Source of the DNA: Pseudothermotoga sp.
Lineage (GTDB): Bacteria > Thermotogota > Thermotogae > Thermotogales > DSM-5069
Direction: 5' to 3'
DNA: 10,948 nucleotides
NCBI GenBank assembly: GCA_041640575.1
Contig: JBEPZZ010000059.1
Location: 1-10,948 of the forward strand
Shown piece by piece: positions 7,212 through 10,948 of this stretch; the first letter of the stretch is position 1; each line of letters opens with the position of its first letter. Position numbers and translations under genes: made by a program. Under the pieces are notes generated by a model. It ran no database searches, was not told where the DNA came from, and saw only the letters and a program-made list of their open reading frames with translations.

Positions 7212-8378
7212 CTAAATGAAATGCAGTAAAAGTGAGATGCTTGCAATAAGTAAAATCAAGGCTAAAATCCTTTTCAGGATCAGCAGAAAATCGACTTGAA
7301 AATATTCAGCTGGAAGAATTAAACAAAGATGCACGGGTGAAAGCAAAACGCCTATAACAGAGAAAACATAAGCCAAAATGGTATGTCCCAGTTCACCTAT
7401 TCCTAAAAGCAATGGAACAGTTATACCAACCGCTGTAGAACTAATTCCAGTTGCCATTCCTACTATTGCAGGCATTACTGTGGACAAAAGAATGGCGCCA
7501 CCCCCAAAGTTAACAAGTTCTTGACTCATTTTCAGCCCGATTTCAAAATCTGTAACCGCATGTTTGTAGAGAAATATTATTAAGAGAACAAGAATGATCT
7601 CGAACCTTTTCAGTGAGGCCCAAAGTGCTCGTTTTACAAAGTGTCTTCTAAAACCTCCATAAATCAAGGAAGCAAGCAAGAGAGCAAGCCAACCATCCAT
7701 TTTGAAAACTAAAATCGCCACACCAATAGAAACGATCATTAAAGCCGGCCACATTCTCTTCCAGTCATCGAAGCTTATTCTTCCTACTCTTGGGATGCTG
7801 AAACCATTAAACCATATCCAACCACTGACAAAAGAGATCAAAAAGAAAGGGAAAAGCTTCATTGAAACCGCACCAATGGGAATCGAAATTATGCTCGAGA
7901 GTAAGTACATAGCGGGGTAGATGGGCCAGAAAAATTCAAGTGTGTGTCGAAACCAATAGTTCATAGCTGCTTTGTTTAAATTGTCGATATCTGGTGAGAT
8001 CTGTGCTACAATTGGCGCTGAAAACATTGCACCTGATGGAACGGGCAGCAAACCAATTACAGCAGGCAGGAAGGAGGCTGCGGCCTTCGAAGAACCTTTG
8101 AAAAGTTTTCTCACCGAGATCGAAAGATTGTGCGCGTCTTTTGAAACATTCAAAAGTTCTTCAAGAAAGTAAATCATCAGCACACTTGGTACCAATGTGA
8201 AAAAAGATTTATCGAGAACCGTTTGAACAATCAATAATGGTGTTTTTGAAAAGAGCGAGGGATTTGTCAAGTAAAAGATGAGAAATCCACCTAGCATTGA
8301 CAAAAAAGGTTTCTTTGTGACCCTCTGTAAAAAAACTATAAAAGAAAGAGAAATCATTATTGAAACGGTCGCCATCAT
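7212..8378 (-). CDS. DUF401 family integral membrane protein (putative ion-transporter superfamily permease), about 388 aa
   Basis: About 10-11 hydrophobic segments. The motifs PAVIGLLPVPSGAMFSAP, NYWFRHxxEFFWPIYP, VGMATG and LSPVHLCL...EYF are typical of DUF401. AAGGAG RBS upstream; start at 8378 or 8375. Confidence 0.85.
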   Translation of the reverse strand: MMATVSIMISLSFIVFLQRVTKKPFLSMLGGFLIFYLTNPSLFSKTPLLIVQTVLDKSFFTLVPSVLMIYFLEELLNVSKDAHNLSISVRKLFKGSSKAAASFLPAVIGLLPVPSGAMFSAPIVAQISPDIDNLNKAAMNYWFRHTLEFFWPIYPAMYLLSSIISIPIGAVSMKLFPFFLISFVSGWIWFNGFSIPRVGRISFDDWKRMWPALMIVSIGVAILVFKMDGWLALLLASLIYGGFRRHFVKRALWASLKRFEIILVLLIIFLYKHAVTDFEIGLKMSQELVNFGGGAILLSTVMPAIVGMATGISSTAVGITVPLLLGIGELGHTILAYVFSVIGVLLSPVHLCLILPAEYFQVDFLLILKRILALILLIASISLLLHFI

Positions 8379-8436
8379 TTTGGCTCCTTTCAGGATTCCA
8401 TAAAATATTCTACAATCATATATGTGAGGTGAAGCA

Positions 8437-9549
8437 ATGCTAAAGGTTGATCAAATTTTACAAACTGATGGAAAAATCTTTGCTGTAAGCTCAGAAAGCC
8501 CTTTTTATCCGGATGGAAAAGGTGGCCAACTCGGAGACCGAGGTCAGATAGGACAAGCCAAAGTTCTTTCTGTCAGAGAGCTTGCTGGTAAAATCTATCA
8601 CGAAATTGACAAGCAAATTGAACCAGGAGAATACTCATACGTGATAGATCTTAAAAGAAGATCCGATATATCTGTTCAGCATACAGCTCAACACATTCTT
8701 TCGTCAGCATTCTGGAAAGTCGCAGATATCCAAACAGTTGCCTTCAGAATGTCGGAAGAGTTTTCAACCATTGATCTTGATGTTTCACTCATTACGCGGG
8801 AAACAATTGTAGAGGCAGAATCACTTGCAAACAGTGTGATACGAAGTTGTGTCAACGTTGAAATTCTATTTGTTAACAAATCAGAAGCAAATCTTATGAG
8901 ACTGAGAAAACCTTTAAGTGAGAAAGTGGAAGAAGAAGTTGTTAGGATTGTAAAAATAGGTGATTTTGACCTCTCAGCTTGCGCTGGTTTTCATGTCTCG
9001 AACACAGGAGAAATAGGTTGTGTAAAAGTAACAAACTGGGAAAAAGTTAAGGGTTCCTTGACTCGAGTCTACTTTGTAGCCGGCGAAAGAGCCTTAAAAG
9101 ATTATATTAATCGTGTACTTGTTTTGAAACAGTTGTCTTCTTTGCTGACTAGTTCTGTCGACGAAATGACAAAGCGAGTTGAAATGTTACTGGAGAAAAC
9201 AAAGAGCCAGGCTTCCCTGATCAGTAAACTTGCAGAGGAATTAGCAGCTCAGCTGGCAACCAAGCTGCCACAAATAACAGTCAAGAACTTGACTGTATCA
9301 TTCTATGATGGTTTTGATGAGGTTGCAAAGTTTTTGCCAAAATATTGGCAATCTGATATTCTCGCTTGTAAAACCAATGAAGGATATCTTCTTTCAACAA
9401 AAAGCATTGATTGTTCGAGATTGGTACAATTGCTTTGCGAAGATCTTAATTGTTATGGTGGAGGCGGGAAGACAAAAGGTTCGTTGAAGACATTTGTAGA
9501 CTTGAAAGATTTTATCAAGTCGATTTCAAAAATATTGGAGGTGATTTGA
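8437..9549 (+). CDS. alaX: AlaX-family alanyl-tRNA editing protein (mischarged Ser/Gly-tRNA deacylase), long form, 370 aa
   Basis: SPFYPDGKGGQLGDRG, zinc-binding HxxxH (HTAQH) and CxxxH (CAGFH) motifs, NTGEIG, RVYFVAGERA, a coiled-coil and a C-terminal GGGG (C-Ala/DHHA1-like). No aminoacylation domain. GAGGTG RBS. Confidence 0.92.
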   Translation: MLKVDQILQTDGKIFAVSSESPFYPDGKGGQLGDRGQIGQAKVLSVRELAGKIYHEIDKQIEPGEYSYVIDLKRRSDISVQHTAQHILSSAFWKVADIQTVAFRMSEEFSTIDLDVSLITRETIVEAESLANSVIRSCVNVEILFVNKSEANLMRLRKPLSEKVEEEVVRIVKIGDFDLSACAGFHVSNTGEIGCVKVTNWEKVKGSLTRVYFVAGERALKDYINRVLVLKQLSSLLTSSVDEMTKRVEMLLEKTKSQASLISKLAEELAAQLATKLPQITVKNLTVSFYDGFDEVAKFLPKYWQSDILACKTNEGYLLSTKSIDCSRLVQLLCEDLNCYGGGGKTKGSLKTFVDLKDFIKSISKILEVI

Positions 9550-10511
9550 TGAAGATTTCACTTGCAAGGTTGCCAACACCAATTGACTATCTTTCAAGAC
9601 TGAGCAAGCAATACAGTAGGGATATCTTTGTAAAACGGGATGACTTGACCGAGTTTGTATCCAGCGGTAATAAGATAAGAAAGTTGGAATTTCTCTTGGC
9701 GGACGCTATAAGAAATAATTGCAATATAGTGTTCACATGTGGTGGAGTTCAGTCTAACCATGCAAGAGCTACGGCTCATTTGGCTATCAAATTAGGTTTG
9801 AAACCAGTTCTATTCTTACGCCAACCTTCCAGTGTCGGAAACGAAAAGGAACCAGCTAACGGAAATCTTCTTTTGGATGAGCTTCTTGGAGCTACTGTTG
9901 TGTTTGTGACGGCTCAGCAATACGTGAAGATTGAGGAAGTCTATGAAGAGTACAAAAAGGACTATGAAACGAGAGGACACAAAGTTTATACGATCCCAGA
10001 AGGTGGTTCTAACAGCCTCGGTGCACTTGGATATCTTTGGGCTGTTACAGAAATTGCTTCTCAAATGGATCTTGCTTCAATTGATGCTATCTATTGCGCT
10101 GTTGGTAGCGGTGGAACCTATGCTGGTTTGTTAGCTGGTCTGAGATATCTGGGATACAAAACTCCTGTGATAGGAATTAATGTAACAAAAACCAAGGCTG
10201 AGAAGTTTGTCGAGAAGATACTACATATAATTGAAGGACTCTCTGAATTTGGCATCAAAGTATCTGTTACGTCTGAAGAAGTGGCTATTCTAGATGAATA
10301 CAGTGGACCGGAATATGCCGTTCCGGCTGACGCTGATATAGATTGTATAAGAATAGTTGCCTCAACAGAGGGAATAATACTTGACCCTGTATACACGGCT
10401 AAGGCGTTTCGCGGGATGCTACAGAATTCTCGCAAATTCCAGAAATTACTCTTTCTACATACAGGTGGTACTTTTGGCTTGTTCGCTCAGGCTTTTCGAT
10501 TTGTACATTAA
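9549..10511 (+). CDS. dcyD: D-cysteine desulfhydrase family PLP-dependent enzyme (ACC deaminase homologue), 320 aa
   Basis: Start moved to ATG 9549, which has a TGATG overlap with the alaX stop and a GGAGGTG RBS. Motifs VKRDD, SGNKIRKLEF (PLP lysine), GGVQSNHARATA, IPEGGS, GSGGT, LDPVYTAKA and HTGG. The substrate is not established from sequence. Confidence 0.88.
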   Translation: MKISLARLPTPIDYLSRLSKQYSRDIFVKRDDLTEFVSSGNKIRKLEFLLADAIRNNCNIVFTCGGVQSNHARATAHLAIKLGLKPVLFLRQPSSVGNEKEPANGNLLLDELLGATVVFVTAQQYVKIEEVYEEYKKDYETRGHKVYTIPEGGSNSLGALGYLWAVTEIASQMDLASIDAIYCAVGSGGTYAGLLAGLRYLGYKTPVIGINVTKTKAEKFVEKILHIIEGLSEFGIKVSVTSEEVAILDEYSGPEYAVPADADIDCIRIVASTEGIILDPVYTAKAFRGMLQNSRKFQKLLFLHTGGTFGLFAQAFRFVH

Positions 10512-10547
10512 AGTGCTAATTTCGCTCTTGAATGCTGTTTCTGGGAA

Positions 10548-10948
10548 TCAAGTAGTCTTATGATTTTCCATATTTCTGTATGCTAAAAGGAAATTCTCCA
10601 GCCTTTTTAGATCGAGCTCTGCAAGCAGAACTACATCGCCCACCGTGGTATCACTCTTGACTATATAACCATCCAGCGAATCTGTGATTGGGATAGGTGC
10701 TGTCACACAGCTTTTGCCCTTCAAACTCACACTATCTATCTTACCAGTCATTACACTCCATAAACCGTAAAATCCAACCATTTGCGAGTGAACCCAAGCA
10801 TACTTTTCTTCTAACTTTTCGTTATAGTTACTAGTTCCAGCACCTGAGGAAGCGATAAGTCTCACACCTTGTTCTACAAGAGCTCTAAGCTTCAAACTAT
10901 TTAGGAGAAAATGTTTTGGTACGACAGCTAGTGAGTACTTTTGAGTTG
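10548..10948 (-). CDS. Carbon-nitrogen hydrolase (nitrilase)-like protein, 3' part only (starts beyond the right edge)
   Basis: The frame stays open upstream of the ORF-track TTG at 10895 to the window edge (TQKYSLAVVPKHFLLNSLKLRALVEQGVRLIASSG...). The segments RALVEQGVRLI, GKSCVTAP, DGYIV and VLLAELDLKRL follow the C-terminal pattern of the CN-hydrolase fold. Confidence 0.6.
   Translation of the reverse strand, partial: TQKYSLAVVPKHFLLNSLKLRALVEQGVRLIASSGAGTSNYNEKLEEKYAWVHSQMVGFYGLWSVMTGKIDSVSLKGKSCVTAPIPITDSLDGYIVKSDTTVGDVVLLAELDLKRLENFLLAYRNMENHKTT

Noticed and set aside
6117..8172. Plus-strand ORFs 6117-6533, 7702-7920 and 7972-8172
   Set aside because: Antisense shadows of pit and the DUF401 gene, with no independent evidence.
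10512..10547. Search for a bidirectional terminator between the convergent dcyD-like and hydrolase-like genes
   Set aside because: No convincing GC-rich stem-loop with a U tract in the 36-bp gap.
8688..10563. Short alternative-frame or antisense ORFs within alaX and the dcyD-like gene, and the 33-aa extension from 9450
   Set aside because: They overlap well-supported genes. The 9450 start would overlap alaX by 100 bp, whereas ATG 9549 has a strong RBS and a stop-start overlap.
1..10948. CRISPR arrays, IS elements, tRNA/rRNA, riboswitches, programmed frameshifts, defence or prophage genes
   Set aside because: Coding density leaves no room (largest gap 173 bp). I saw no repeat-spacer periodicity, transposase or integrase motifs, broken reading frames or obvious compositional shift.

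Overview
An AT-rich, gene-dense bacterial chromosomal segment. The protein sequences, strong GGAGGT(G) Shine-Dalgarno sites and tight gene packing suggest a Thermotogae-like organism (inference from recall, not a search). There are four apparent transcription units plus one truncated gene. (1) Minus strand: uvrC, a 150-aa membrane protein and tmcAL, which is cut by the left edge and missing from the ORF track. (2) Plus strand: feoA (two FeoA domains), feoB and a 110-aa membrane protein, behind a near-consensus sigma70 promoter with two tandem Fur-like boxes. (3) Minus strand: a DUF401-like transporter, a DUF47/PhoU-like protein and a PiT phosphate transporter. (4) Plus strand: an AlaX-type tRNA editing enzyme coupled to a D-cysteine desulfhydrase-like PLP enzyme. 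At the right edge is the 3' part of a carbon-nitrogen hydrolase-like gene. I found no mobile element, CRISPR array, RNA gene or defence system, so this is mostly core metabolism. The best leads are the uncharacterised membrane protein in the FeoC position, the double Fur-like operator, the alaX-dcyD-like coupling, and a nitrilase-like protein that seems to lack its catalytic cysteine.
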